Assembly: GCA_943355005.1 (NCBI GenBank)
Contig: CALRDV010000002.1
Coordinates: forward strand, 64,397 to 128,396
DNA from: Patescibacteria group bacterium
Lineage (GTDB): Bacteria > Patescibacteriota > Microgenomatia > UBA1400 > MFAQ01
Direction: 5' to 3'
Length of the DNA stretch: 64,000 nt
Both the position numbers and the translations under genes were made by a program. The notes below the pieces were generated by a model that worked only from the letters and a program-made list of their open reading frames with translations, did no database searches and was not told the DNA's origin. Shown here one piece after another: positions 48,816 through 58,086 of the stretch (its first letter is position 1; every line of letters begins with the position of its first letter).

Positions 48816-50156
48816 CTATATTTCTATTTCTTGATTAACTATCGGTAATATAACTTTAACATCTGGAAGTTCTAAATGAATCTTTTCACCTAAAACCAAT
48901 CTTGCCAAATCCTCTCCATGAACCAAAGCTACCTCTTTTAATCCTCCAATTTTCTTCAGCCAATCCAAAAGCTGACCTTGATCTGCATGAGCGCTCATTG
49001 TTTTAATTTCTAATACCTCAGCCTTAATATCTATAGAATTTCCCCAAATATTAATTCTTTTATTTCCATCCAAAATTTCACGACCCAGAGTCCCTTCAGC
49101 TTGATAACCCACAATTACCAGTTGTGTCCTCGAATCTCCTAAATAGTTTATGGCGTGATGGATTACTCTTCCTCCACTCATCATTCCGCTCCCCGCCACA
49201 ATCACTTTAGTTCCGTCATAATTTTTTATCTGCTTACTTTTCTCTATACTGTCACAAACCATTAATCCCGGAAAATCAAACGGATCGTCAGACTTCACCT
49301 GTAATTGTAATCTTTTGCTGTAAAGCTCCGGATAATCTCTAAATACCTGAGTTGCCTTGATCGCCATCGGGCTATCCAGAAACACAGGAGTCTCTTGGGC
49401 CATATCACCCTCTTTTTTTAGCTGATCAAAAATAAACAACAGTTCTTGGGCTCTCTCAATCGAAAATGAAGGAATAAGGACAACTCCTTTTTCCCTTTCC
49501 GCCTTTTGAATTATTTTCTTTAAGTCTTCAATCTCCTCTCTTCTTCCATGGAACTCATCTCCATAAGTAGACTCCATTATGGCCATATCCGCTTTTTTAA
49601 CCATTTCTGTCGGTAGCAGTAATGGTTCTGGTGTATTACCAAGATCTCCACTAAATACTATTGTTTTACCTGTTGCATTTTCTTCAATCAGGATACTTGA
49701 AGATCCCAATATGTGCCCTGCATCAAGGAATGTAACTTTAAATTCTCCTACCATAAATGGTTTGTCGTACTCAACAGTTTTAATTTGTTTAAGTACCTCC
49801 ACTACCTCATCATCTGTATAGAGTACGGCTTTTGCTTCTTCCTCCCTTGCCAACTTAGCCGAATCAGTCAACACCAGATCCATCAACGCCTTTGTGGCTT
49901 CCGTCATAAAAATTGGACCTTTAAACCCGTAGTTAACGAGCATAGGCAATCTTCCACAGTGATCCAAATGTGCATGGGTGATGAGCACTGCCGATAGATT
50001 TACAAATTCAATCTCCGGTTTTACCGAGTTCATTCCAACTTCTTCCGGCTTCCCTTGAAACATTCCATAATCCACCATCATATTAGTACTTTTGCCGGAC
50101 AGATAAAAATTTGACCCCGTTACTGTCTTCGCTGCCCCCAAAAATTTCAATTTCAT
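48816..50156 (-). CDS. MBL-fold beta-CASP ribonuclease (RNase J / CPSF73-like)
   Basis: HAHLDHCG metal-binding motif, beta-CASP region, about 446 aa. Confidence 0.7.
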   Translation of the reverse strand: MKLKFLGAAKTVTGSNFYLSGKSTNMMVDYGMFQGKPEEVGMNSVKPEIEFVNLSAVLITHAHLDHCGRLPMLVNYGFKGPIFMTEATKALMDLVLTDSAKLAREEEAKAVLYTDDEVVEVLKQIKTVEYDKPFMVGEFKVTFLDAGHILGSSSILIEENATGKTIVFSGDLGNTPEPLLLPTEMVKKADMAIMESTYGDEFHGRREEIEDLKKIIQKAEREKGVVLIPSFSIERAQELLFIFDQLKKEGDMAQETPVFLDSPMAIKATQVFRDYPELYSKRLQLQVKSDDPFDFPGLMVCDSIEKSKQIKNYDGTKVIVAGSGMMSGGRVIHHAINYLGDSRTQLVIVGYQAEGTLGREILDGNKRINIWGNSIDIKAEVLEIKTMSAHADQGQLLDWLKKIGGLKEVALVHGEDLARLVLGEKIHLELPDVKVILPIVNQEIEI

Positions 50157-50198
50157 AATTTCAGTGTACCAGATTCACCACATTTGCTAGAATGAATC

Positions 50199-50954
50199 AT
50201 GGACTGCCCACACTGTCACCAGCCGCTCTCGGCCATCGAAATTGAAACCGCCGACGGTCACACACATTCCATTGAAGAATGTCTAAATTGTGGAGGTCAT
50301 TTTATTGAGCCTTATCTAGCCAATTTCTTTACCATTGAAACCGCTAGAAATATCGATTCAATAATTCCCAAAATCCAAGCAGTCCCAGCGACCAACCCCA
50401 TCTGTCCAAAATGTGGCCAAGGCATGCCGGGTATCAAAGATGACTCTGTTCCGGAGACAGTCACTGTGTTTACCTGCCCCAATCATCACGGCGATTTCTT
50501 TCCCAAAGAGCAATTATTCTTATTCAAAGAAGCTCAGCAATCTAAAATTTATTATCACAAGCTTTGGGGTATTCCTTTAAAATCTGCTTTTGCCGTACTT
50601 ATTCCCATCCTGGTAATTTTTTCTCTGGCCACTTTATTACCTTCCATCCTTGAGCAAATTAACAGTCCCCAAGAAACCAGAGTCAAAGCCTCGGAAATAC
50701 TCACCTCACCCCTAATTACGCCTATATCGTCTACTCAGGTTTTGATTTCATTCTCCACCCAAAAGCCGGCAAAAACTTCAGTTAAATTTACCGAAGGCTT
50801 GAGTAAGACTTTGATTGGCTCACAAGTCCTTACTACCACACACCTTGTCAGTGTCGAAGGTTTAGCTCCCGGTACACTATATAAATATGTAATCATTATT
50901 GATTCAAACGGAAAACCAGTGACCACCTCGGAATATACTTTTTCCACCCCCTAA
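50199..50954 (+). CDS. Double zinc-ribbon, single-pass membrane protein with C-terminal FN3-like domain (hypothetical)
   Basis: CPHC...CLNC and CPKC...CPNHH ribbons, one TM, and a C-terminal beta-rich segment (LAPGTLYKY). Confidence 0.45.
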   Translation: MDCPHCHQPLSAIEIETADGHTHSIEECLNCGGHFIEPYLANFFTIETARNIDSIIPKIQAVPATNPICPKCGQGMPGIKDDSVPETVTVFTCPNHHGDFFPKEQLFLFKEAQQSKIYYHKLWGIPLKSAFAVLIPILVIFSLATLLPSILEQINSPQETRVKASEILTSPLITPISSTQVLISFSTQKPAKTSVKFTEGLSKTLIGSQVLTTTHLVSVEGLAPGTLYKYVIIIDSNGKPVTTSEYTFSTP

Positions 50955-50991
50955 TACAAATTTCTACCTTAAAGACTAAAATTAATTAATC

Positions 50992-51735
50992 ATGTCACGT
51001 GTTTTTTCAGCCTACGAATTGAATCACTTAAAGAATAATGGTTTTAAGGATATCGATACAGATAGTATCGGTGACTCTCCCGTCGAATATGTTACCGGAC
51101 ATGCGGAATTTCGGGACCTGGATTTTTTAGTTAATCCATCTACCCTAATTCCTCGCCTAGAGTCGGAAAAAATAGTAGACCTTGCATTACAATTTATTTC
51201 CCAAGAAAATATTTCTCATCCGGCCATTGCCGATGTTGGTACCGGAAGCGGTTGCCTTGGTATATCTTTAGCTGTTAGTTTAAGTAAAAAACAAATTCCA
51301 TACACCATTTACCTTTCGGACATTTCGGAAGAAGCACTCAAAATAGCAGGTCAAAATGCCGACAACCTTCTTTCATCCCGAGTCAATCTTTTTTTTCAAA
51401 CGTCTTCGCTTATGACAAATTATCCAAAAATAAGATTCGATGTCATTCTTGCAAATCTTCCTTATATTCCGTCGGCAAATATCTCAACTCTTGATTCTTC
51501 TGTAAAAGACTTCGAGCCTGTTTCTGCTCTCGATGGAGGACCTGATGGCACACATTTTATTAACCTCCTATTACAGGAAATTCCGGATTATCTAAACAGT
51601 CGAGGCCTAGCCATTTTTGAAATAAATGACACTCATGCTATTGAAGATTTTCATATTCCCAATAAGTTCAAGGCTGAAATAAAAAACGACACAAACGATG
51701 TTCCTAGATTTTTACTTGTAAATCCAAATCAATAA
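50992..51735 (+). CDS. prmC: Release factor glutamine N5-methyltransferase-like (PrmC/HemK family)
   Basis: Motif I DVGTGSGCLG and an NPPY-variant NLPYIP. Confidence 0.6.
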   Translation: MSRVFSAYELNHLKNNGFKDIDTDSIGDSPVEYVTGHAEFRDLDFLVNPSTLIPRLESEKIVDLALQFISQENISHPAIADVGTGSGCLGISLAVSLSKKQIPYTIYLSDISEEALKIAGQNADNLLSSRVNLFFQTSSLMTNYPKIRFDVILANLPYIPSANISTLDSSVKDFEPVSALDGGPDGTHFINLLLQEIPDYLNSRGLAIFEINDTHAIEDFHIPNKFKAEIKNDTNDVPRFLLVNPNQ

Positions 51736-51755
51736 TATTTGTTACACTTAAATGT

Positions 51756-52412
51756 ATGAAAAAATCCTGGGTTATTAGCCTAATCGTGATCTTTTTTTCT
51801 CTTTTCTTTGTCAACGCCACAGACCAAACCAACCACTACGAACCTCAGTCAGGCTACGAGCCATCACTCACTTCTGCCATCATAGATAACAATCCCATCA
51901 ACGTTCCTGCATATATCGCAAGTGTCCCCACGCCTCCCAAAGTATTAGGTGAATCCACAGATGAAAAAGTAATTTATGTCGACCTTTCCAATCAAAGACT
52001 TTACGCTTATGAAGGCAACAAACTTATATTTAGCTTTTTGGTATCTACCGGTAAGTGGGGAAAAACACCCACTGGCGAGTTTCGTATTGCAAATAAATTC
52101 CGTTATATAAAAATGAGTGGTGGCTCTACCGCTTTGAAGACATACTATTACCTTCCCAACGTGCCATATACGATGTTTTTTGGTAATTCAGAAATCCCTG
52201 CCTCGAAAGGCTTCTCCCTCCACGGAGCCTACTGGCACAACAACTTTGGTCACCCCATGTCACATGGTTGTGTAAATTTGAAAATTACTGAAGCCGGAAT
52301 TATTTACAATTGGGCAGACCCTATACTTCCGGAAGGTAAATCTTCAGGAGTCGCCTCTAAAGAAAATCTTGGCACCAGAGTTATAATTTACGGGACTACT
52401 CCTAGATCTTAG
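51756..52412 (+). CDS. L,D-transpeptidase (YkuD domain)
   Basis: Signal peptide; catalytic H...SHGCVNL motif. Confidence 0.8.
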   Translation: MKKSWVISLIVIFFSLFFVNATDQTNHYEPQSGYEPSLTSAIIDNNPINVPAYIASVPTPPKVLGESTDEKVIYVDLSNQRLYAYEGNKLIFSFLVSTGKWGKTPTGEFRIANKFRYIKMSGGSTALKTYYYLPNVPYTMFFGNSEIPASKGFSLHGAYWHNNFGHPMSHGCVNLKITEAGIIYNWADPILPEGKSSGVASKENLGTRVIIYGTTPRS

Positions 52413-52471
52413 ATATTTCTCATCCTCTAATTTGCATAAATCAGCTACTGCGAGATACAATACAGATTAAG

Positions 52472-53122
52472 ATGACAAAAGCCAAATTCTCTCAATTAAA
52501 AAAGTTTTTTTCTCAGTTCCCCACCAAGAAATTAGCGAAGAACACCATTATCTTCAGTCCAGGAGATAAAGTAGAAGATGTTTATTTTATTAAATCCGGT
52601 TTTGTTAGAGCATACACCAAGACTCCTTACGGAGAAAACACCCTAAACATATTTAAACCTCTATTTATGGTTTCCGTCATGCACAACATGGTCAGTCAGA
52701 AAAACAATTTTTATATCCAAGCTCTCACTCCGGTAGAAATCTATATCGCCCCTAAAGCCCAATTTGCTAAGTTCCAAAAAGAAAACCCGGAAATTGAAGC
52801 TCTTGTTACAGAATTCTTTGTTAGCACCATGCTCAACTACCTCACCAATCAGGGCAATATTATCAATGGCAACGCCATCAACAAAGTTGCTTCTGTCCTC
52901 TTACAGTTAGTCAACGACTACGGTGATATCAAAAATGACCAGCTTGTGGTAAATTTCCCCGCAACTCACCGCATAGTTGCCAACATTGTGGGCCTCACCA
53001 GAGAAACCACCAGTATTCAGATGAGCAAGCTTCAGAAGTTAGGAGTAATTTCCACCAAACGGGCTCAGTTCACTGTCAAAAATGTTGAAAGGCTTAAATC
53101 CCTCGCTGATCTAGGAGAGTAA
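52472..53122 (+). CDS. Crp/Fnr-family transcriptional regulator
   Basis: N-terminal cNMP-binding beta-roll; C-terminal HTH (RETTSIQMSKLQKLGVI). Confidence 0.6.
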   Translation: MTKAKFSQLKKFFSQFPTKKLAKNTIIFSPGDKVEDVYFIKSGFVRAYTKTPYGENTLNIFKPLFMVSVMHNMVSQKNNFYIQALTPVEIYIAPKAQFAKFQKENPEIEALVTEFFVSTMLNYLTNQGNIINGNAINKVASVLLQLVNDYGDIKNDQLVVNFPATHRIVANIVGLTRETTSIQMSKLQKLGVISTKRAQFTVKNVERLKSLADLGE

Positions 53123-53124
53123 CT

Positions 53125-54522
53125 TCAAATACCGAAAAACTGTTTCATTGTGAAAAACCCGAAGACTGAAAAAAATACTATTACCCCAATCACCACAGTA
53201 CCTCTCCATGCGTTTGGTCTTAGTTTCTTGTGTAGTTCTGTTGTGTTCATCCAAAGCACCAAAATAGAATAAATTACCATTGTCCACGAATTCAATACAG
53301 CACTAATGAGTACAAGTTGAAATGGCTCCTTAAAGCCTAAAGATAAAACTAATAGCATCAATCCAATTTGAGCCCAAAGAAAACTGTAAAAATATTTTGG
53401 CAAATCAACAGCCTTAAACTTATCGATTTTTATAATAGCCAAATTCTCCGCCAAAATTTTTCCGGTAGTTCCCAATACCGATAGCTGTGTCGAAAAAAGC
53501 ATAAAACCTAAGACCACCAAAAATATTTTACCGAGTAAAACATTTGTCATTTCACCAATAATCTTTCCCTCAAAAACAACAAACTCTACCCCCGATAACC
53601 CCCCTGATTTACCGTAAATTGTTTCAAAAGCCAATAACGCCAAAGACAACATCGCGATTATTCCAGTCAACCAAAAAATCAATCCTTGCTCTAAATTGGT
53701 CAATTTCCACCATTTGGAAAAAATTCTCAAATTATCCTCAGTCATCTCGAAACTCTTTCCTGTCAGACTTATCTCTTCTCTTTTTCCCGTAAGCAAGCTG
53801 GTAATTCTTCCAGACCCATGACCCATACCATATCCTTTTTCCTTAATATTTTGAGATTGACCCAGATTTAAATTACCTCCGGCTCCTGAAAACACAATTG
53901 CACCCAAAAAGGCTGATATTTGAACACCTACAGGCAAAAACCAATAAGTTTCTCCTTTTCCGATTACTCCTAAAGCCAATGCTGTTATTCCACTCTTCGA
54001 TGCCAACCACCAAGACAGTCCTAATATAAACGGAATCCCAAAAATTAATAGAATCTTTTCCAGTTTCTCCTGTGTACCATACAACACCGGACCAAGGCTC
54101 AAAATTACTCCCATTACTATTAATGCCACCACACCAATAATCTCTGTATTTCCCCATCCTAACCCCGCTGAGAATAATCTTGCACCTGCCAAAGTAATAC
54201 CTGGCCACATCCACGGAATAACAGTTGAAGCTATAAACCAAATCGGAATTATTTTTCCAAACTTTCTTGTCAGCCCCACAAACACGCTCTCACCTGTCAC
54301 CATAGTATATCGACTGATTTCCATGTTTACAAACCACTGCATCGTAATCCCAGCAATTGCCCCCCAGATAATTCCCAATCCATAATTTGCAGTCAGGTAA
54401 GGCCACAAAATTAGTTCTCCAATACCCAAACCTAATCCAAGTAAAATAATACTTGGACCCACCATTTTCCAAAATGGCGGTGGTTCTATTAAGGAGGATT
54501 TTTTAAGCGGTAAAAAATTCAT
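53125..54522 (-). CDS. Polytopic membrane protein, putative transporter (about 12 TM)
   Basis: Many TM segments; no diagnostic family motif (Nramp DPGN is absent). Confidence 0.3.
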   Translation of the reverse strand: MNFLPLKKSSLIEPPPFWKMVGPSIILLGLGLGIGELILWPYLTANYGLGIIWGAIAGITMQWFVNMEISRYTMVTGESVFVGLTRKFGKIIPIWFIASTVIPWMWPGITLAGARLFSAGLGWGNTEIIGVVALIVMGVILSLGPVLYGTQEKLEKILLIFGIPFILGLSWWLASKSGITALALGVIGKGETYWFLPVGVQISAFLGAIVFSGAGGNLNLGQSQNIKEKGYGMGHGSGRITSLLTGKREEISLTGKSFEMTEDNLRIFSKWWKLTNLEQGLIFWLTGIIAMLSLALLAFETIYGKSGGLSGVEFVVFEGKIIGEMTNVLLGKIFLVVLGFMLFSTQLSVLGTTGKILAENLAIIKIDKFKAVDLPKYFYSFLWAQIGLMLLVLSLGFKEPFQLVLISAVLNSWTMVIYSILVLWMNTTELHKKLRPNAWRGTVVIGVIVFFSVFGFFTMKQFFGI

Positions 54523-54584
54523 CTATCTAATGTTATACCAACAAACCACTACATCACACAAGATAAACTTAGAAAAAAATTAAA

Positions 54585-54803
54585 CTATTTTTTTAGCAGC
54601 TTCTTTTTTGTTGCTATTACGGATTTCTTCACTTTTGCAACTTCTGCCTTTCCCTTTTTAACAGCTCCACTAACCGTTCTCTGAACAGAATCTCTATTTT
54701 CTTTCCTGGACAAGAACACCGCAGCCGCACCGGCAGCCAAACCCAAAGTGGCAGCACCGATAGCACCCAATAATCCTTTATTTGTTTTCTTTTTGGCAGG
54801 CAT
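54585..54803 (-). CDS. Small lysine-rich membrane-anchored protein (hypothetical)
   Basis: Start taken at MPAKKK; one TM (LLGAIGAATLGLAAGAAAVFL). The ORF track extends to 54872. Confidence 0.3.
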   Translation of the reverse strand: MPAKKKTNKGLLGAIGAATLGLAAGAAAVFLSRKENRDSVQRTVSGAVKKGKAEVAKVKKSVIATKKKLLKK

Positions 54804-54901
54804 ATACTTTCCCTTTTTATTAATAACTATTTTTATTATGCCACAATCACTACTAACTTTCACAAACCCCATTAAGTATCACCACTCGACTATAATGAAC
54901 T

Positions 54902-55468
54902 TTGTTCATGTCCAAAAAATTTATAAAACAAGCCGGGAACACTCTCATACTTCTAGCGACTTTCGCACTACCGGTAGCTTTACTAATTTTCTTTCGAGAA
55001 GACTTTAAAGAGATTGAGAAAATCATCCCTACCACCGGTGTAGCCGGACCACTTATCTCTATACTTCTCATGGGAGTTCTTTCTGCCACACCAATTCCCA
55101 CCGACCCAATAGTAATTCTCAATGGTGCCGTTTTTGGTCCTTTCGTCGGCGTCCTAGTTTCCTGGATGGGCAACAATTTCGCCGCGATCATTGAGTACTT
55201 TATTGGAAAAGGGATTGCCAAAATTGCCGACTTTGAAAGACAAAGGCACAATCTTCCCTTTGGCCTTGGTAATTTTCCCGTAGATTCTGCATGGTATCTA
55301 ATTTGTGGTCGTTTCGTCCCGCAGTTCGGCGGAAAAGTTGTCTCCATTTCGAGTGGCATGTATCATGTAAATTTTTGGAAATATCTTTGGACGTCTCTCG
55401 TTAGTAACTTATTTGGCTCTGTCGCTCTCGCTGTAGGTGGTTATTCCATACTCCACAAATTCCTCTGA
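54902..55468 (+). CDS. DedA/TVP38/TMEM64-family membrane protein
   Basis: Reentrant hydrophobic topology and the G-rich DedA-like core (PTDPIVILNGAVFGP). Confidence 0.45.
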   Translation: MFMSKKFIKQAGNTLILLATFALPVALLIFFREDFKEIEKIIPTTGVAGPLISILLMGVLSATPIPTDPIVILNGAVFGPFVGVLVSWMGNNFAAIIEYFIGKGIAKIADFERQRHNLPFGLGNFPVDSAWYLICGRFVPQFGGKVVSISSGMYHVNFWKYLWTSLVSNLFGSVALAVGGYSILHKFL

Positions 55469-55475
55469 TAACAAT

Positions 55476-55508
55476 GTCATTCCGGACTTGATCCGGAATC
55501 TATATAAT
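55476..55508. repeat. GTCATTCCGGACTTGATCCGGAATCTATATAAT repeat copy
   Basis: Same head, tail and hairpin architecture as 44462 and 41456, with compensatory stem changes (CCGGA/TCCGG). Confidence 0.8.
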
Positions 55509-55515
55509 TTTTCTC

Positions 55516-56127
55516 CTACAAGTATTTTGCAAACCACGCAATAGTTAATTCAGATATTTTTTCCATCCCCACAGGGACTATTTCCATCTTTTTTACACAT
55601 CCCATCTTTTGATATGCTTGCTTATTGAAATCAATCAGCTGTTTATCCTCTCCCCCAACAATAAAAAGCGAAGGAGCCTCGATTAAATCCAATACCTCCA
55701 TCGCCAAATCCGGCCTACCACCCTTGGAGACCAAAGCCTTAATCTTGGTCCCCCAATATGCAGCTGAAGATAGTGCCGCAGTAGAGCCGATACCGGCGCC
55801 ATAATACCCCAATTTCAAACTCTTTGTCTTGTCATTTTCCAAACACCACTTGCTTACTGCAATCAATCTCTCCGTCATTATCTCAATATTAAATCTGTTT
55901 TCAGACTTTTTAGCTTCCCCTTCGGTTAACAAATCAAACAACAGAGTTCCTACCCCTGCACTCCGAAGGTCTTTTGCCACCCTAAAGGTTTTATCGGACA
56001 ATCTTCCATCCCCCAACTCGTGGGCAAACACCACCATCGACTCTGATTTTCCAGGCAAATCAAGAACCCCTTTGAGAATAATATTCTGAACTGAAATTTC
56101 CACATCCATCTTCCTTAAATATAACAA
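55516..56127 (-). CDS. Alpha/beta hydrolase of the dienelactone-hydrolase-like family
   Basis: Nucleophile elbow GxGxG region (GYYGAGIGS) and DLH-like size. Confidence 0.45.
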   Translation of the reverse strand: MLYLRKMDVEISVQNIILKGVLDLPGKSESMVVFAHELGDGRLSDKTFRVAKDLRSAGVGTLLFDLLTEGEAKKSENRFNIEIMTERLIAVSKWCLENDKTKSLKLGYYGAGIGSTAALSSAAYWGTKIKALVSKGGRPDLAMEVLDLIEAPSLFIVGGEDKQLIDFNKQAYQKMGCVKKMEIVPVGMEKISELTIAWFAKYL

Positions 56128-56215
56128 ATCTTACATCCCAAACTCAATAGCCAGATTATTCCCAAAAAAAATGCCCCAATAAAAATTGGGGCAAATACCA
56201 TAAACATTAACTGAG

Positions 56216-57019
56216 CTACACTGAGAATCCACCAACCTGGGCTTGAGAAAAACCGGGAGCACCCTGAGAAGCTGTCGTGGCGACAGTCGAGAAAGTTCCA
56301 AAGCCGCGCCGGATATCAGTCCCGGAAGCATCGGTCTTGAGAATGCACTGTTCGAGAACTCCCATCCGCAAGAAAATATCGCGGAAGTCGGTTCCCAGGT
56401 CATCCTGAATACCCATGGCGCAGACAATATGCTGCTCGCCGGAAAGAAAATCTTTCGTCAATGGAGCCACTGACTCAGGAGTCATATAGAGAGAACTTCC
56501 CTCGTCATGACCATCACAAACCAGTAATGTTGCTGAACGGACCGGAGTACCACGATCGGAGAATTCCTGAGTCTTTTTTACCAGGTCACCATAACTGATG
56601 ACGGTGGTATCGTAGAAAGGAGTTCCACCATTCGCTCGGTAATTTGTCGAATCCAGTAGTGGCACGTCGTCAATCGGAGTGAAGGGAATCACCACCCCGG
56701 CATTCAAAAAGCGCACGCACATCAGAATTGACTTGTGGTTTTTTGCACCCTTCAAATCAGCACGGACCTTGTTCACACCATCACGGATCGCTTGCTCGTT
56801 CCCCGCACGTCGGATCGAAGTTGAATCATCAACCACGATTTCAACTGCGAAGATTTCCGAACCGCCTTTTACGTCAATCGCGGGCACACCCATCGCCTGA
56901 TTTATCTGAGCAGATACATCAGGGATCGTGAAAGCTTTATGGCTGGCAGCAGAGATTACTCCCTCTGCCCGAGCATTATCAAACAGATCATTCGAATTTG
57001 CAGCACTTGAATTTGTCAT
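56216..57019 (-). CDS. von Willebrand factor A (vWA) domain protein, TerY-like
   Basis: MIDAS residues: DDSTS (DxSxS), GGTP threonine, and an LVCDGHDEG aspartate. Notably GC-richer than its surroundings. Confidence 0.65.
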   Translation of the reverse strand: MTNSSAANSNDLFDNARAEGVISAASHKAFTIPDVSAQINQAMGVPAIDVKGGSEIFAVEIVVDDSTSIRRAGNEQAIRDGVNKVRADLKGAKNHKSILMCVRFLNAGVVIPFTPIDDVPLLDSTNYRANGGTPFYDTTVISYGDLVKKTQEFSDRGTPVRSATLLVCDGHDEGSSLYMTPESVAPLTKDFLSGEQHIVCAMGIQDDLGTDFRDIFLRMGVLEQCILKTDASGTDIRRGFGTFSTVATTASQGAPGFSQAQVGGFSV

Positions 57020-57063
57020 CGGAATCTCCTTATTTTTTGTCTTTTAGATCAACACTCGAAAAA

Positions 57064-58083
57064 TTAGATCGGGTCAGTCGAGCGAACGATATTCATACCT
57101 TCCTTAGCAAACTTGGCAAAAACTTCGTTCGTTTTGTCTGTATGATCCACAATTCCAGGAACCACCACAGGACTCATACAATCTTCCAACAGATACACTT
57201 TCTTTGCCATCGCAGGGTCGACCGCCTTGATTTCTTCCAGAAGGTCAGCGATTGTCCATGCCACACAGTGACTCTTCGCCTGTCCCGCAATATACAGCTT
57301 GTCTACCGACATCAACGCCTTAATGAATCTTGTGCTTTTTTGAGCAATCGGTTGCCCCATGGCAAACAAGATCTCTGGGCGCAAAGCCGAATAGCTTTCA
57401 TCCAGTGGATTTCCACCTTTTGTCTCTGGCTCAATATCGGTCTCACGAGCAATGCTATGAAAGAAAATTGCTTCATGGAAGGATGCAACCAGCGCATGTC
57501 CAATACCACCAAGCATTGCGTGGTAGGGCCAGACAGTCAAGCGGAATTTATTGGCTCTCTCCAGCTGAGTACAGTAGTCAAGTAAATATGACTGAAGCCA
57601 ATTATAGTCAACTCCAGGCACACGACCAACGACCGCCAAATTGACCATCCATTTCCCGGTACGAATATCATTAGAACTGATTTCAGTATACGGAGCAGGG
57701 TGCTTACCATTTTTGTCAACGAAAAACACCGGGTGAAAAATTTGTTGAGCAGTATGAGTATCCATCGTCGCAAAGATGCGATTTATCTTACGCAGATTGC
57801 GATAAATGAATTCTGTTAAACGCCGGGTATCGTCGATCGCGCCCGTTCCACTGCGTCCACCAACATAGAGCTCGAATTCAGGAATACAGAAAGTATTCTG
57901 AACATCGATTCCCATTAACCCAATCTTTACAGAATCTGTCGATGCGGGCTTAATGTCATACTGTTTTGCATACTTCTCAGCCGACACTTCCAATTCGGCA
58001 TACTTCGGTTCCCAAACTTGTCCAACTTTTCTTGCATCATAATGTGTAGGAATAGGCAGATTAGTCATTCTTTTCTCCTTCAT
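57064..58083 (-). CDS. Isochorismatase-family cysteine hydrolase with N-terminal extension
   Basis: GIDVQNTFC (catalytic Asp), ATMDTHT, and the catalytic Cys in YIAGQAKSHCVAWTIADL. Confidence 0.6.
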   Translation of the reverse strand: MKEKRMTNLPIPTHYDARKVGQVWEPKYAELEVSAEKYAKQYDIKPASTDSVKIGLMGIDVQNTFCIPEFELYVGGRSGTGAIDDTRRLTEFIYRNLRKINRIFATMDTHTAQQIFHPVFFVDKNGKHPAPYTEISSNDIRTGKWMVNLAVVGRVPGVDYNWLQSYLLDYCTQLERANKFRLTVWPYHAMLGGIGHALVASFHEAIFFHSIARETDIEPETKGGNPLDESYSALRPEILFAMGQPIAQKSTRFIKALMSVDKLYIAGQAKSHCVAWTIADLLEEIKAVDPAMAKKVYLLEDCMSPVVVPGIVDHTDKTNEVFAKFAKEGMNIVRSTDPI

Positions 58084-58086
58084 TTT

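Noticed and set aside
53125-54522. Nramp/MntH metal transporter assignment for the 465-aa membrane protein.
   Set aside because: The hallmark DPGN motif of Nramp TM1 is missing. Only a generic polytopic transporter call is justified.
56131-56427. ORF-track 98-aa minus-strand ORF overlapping the 3' end of the vWA gene.
   Set aside because: It is out of frame with and largely contained in the better-supported vWA CDS. The sequence is Gly/Pro/Arg-rich, typical of an alternative frame in the GC-rich stretch.
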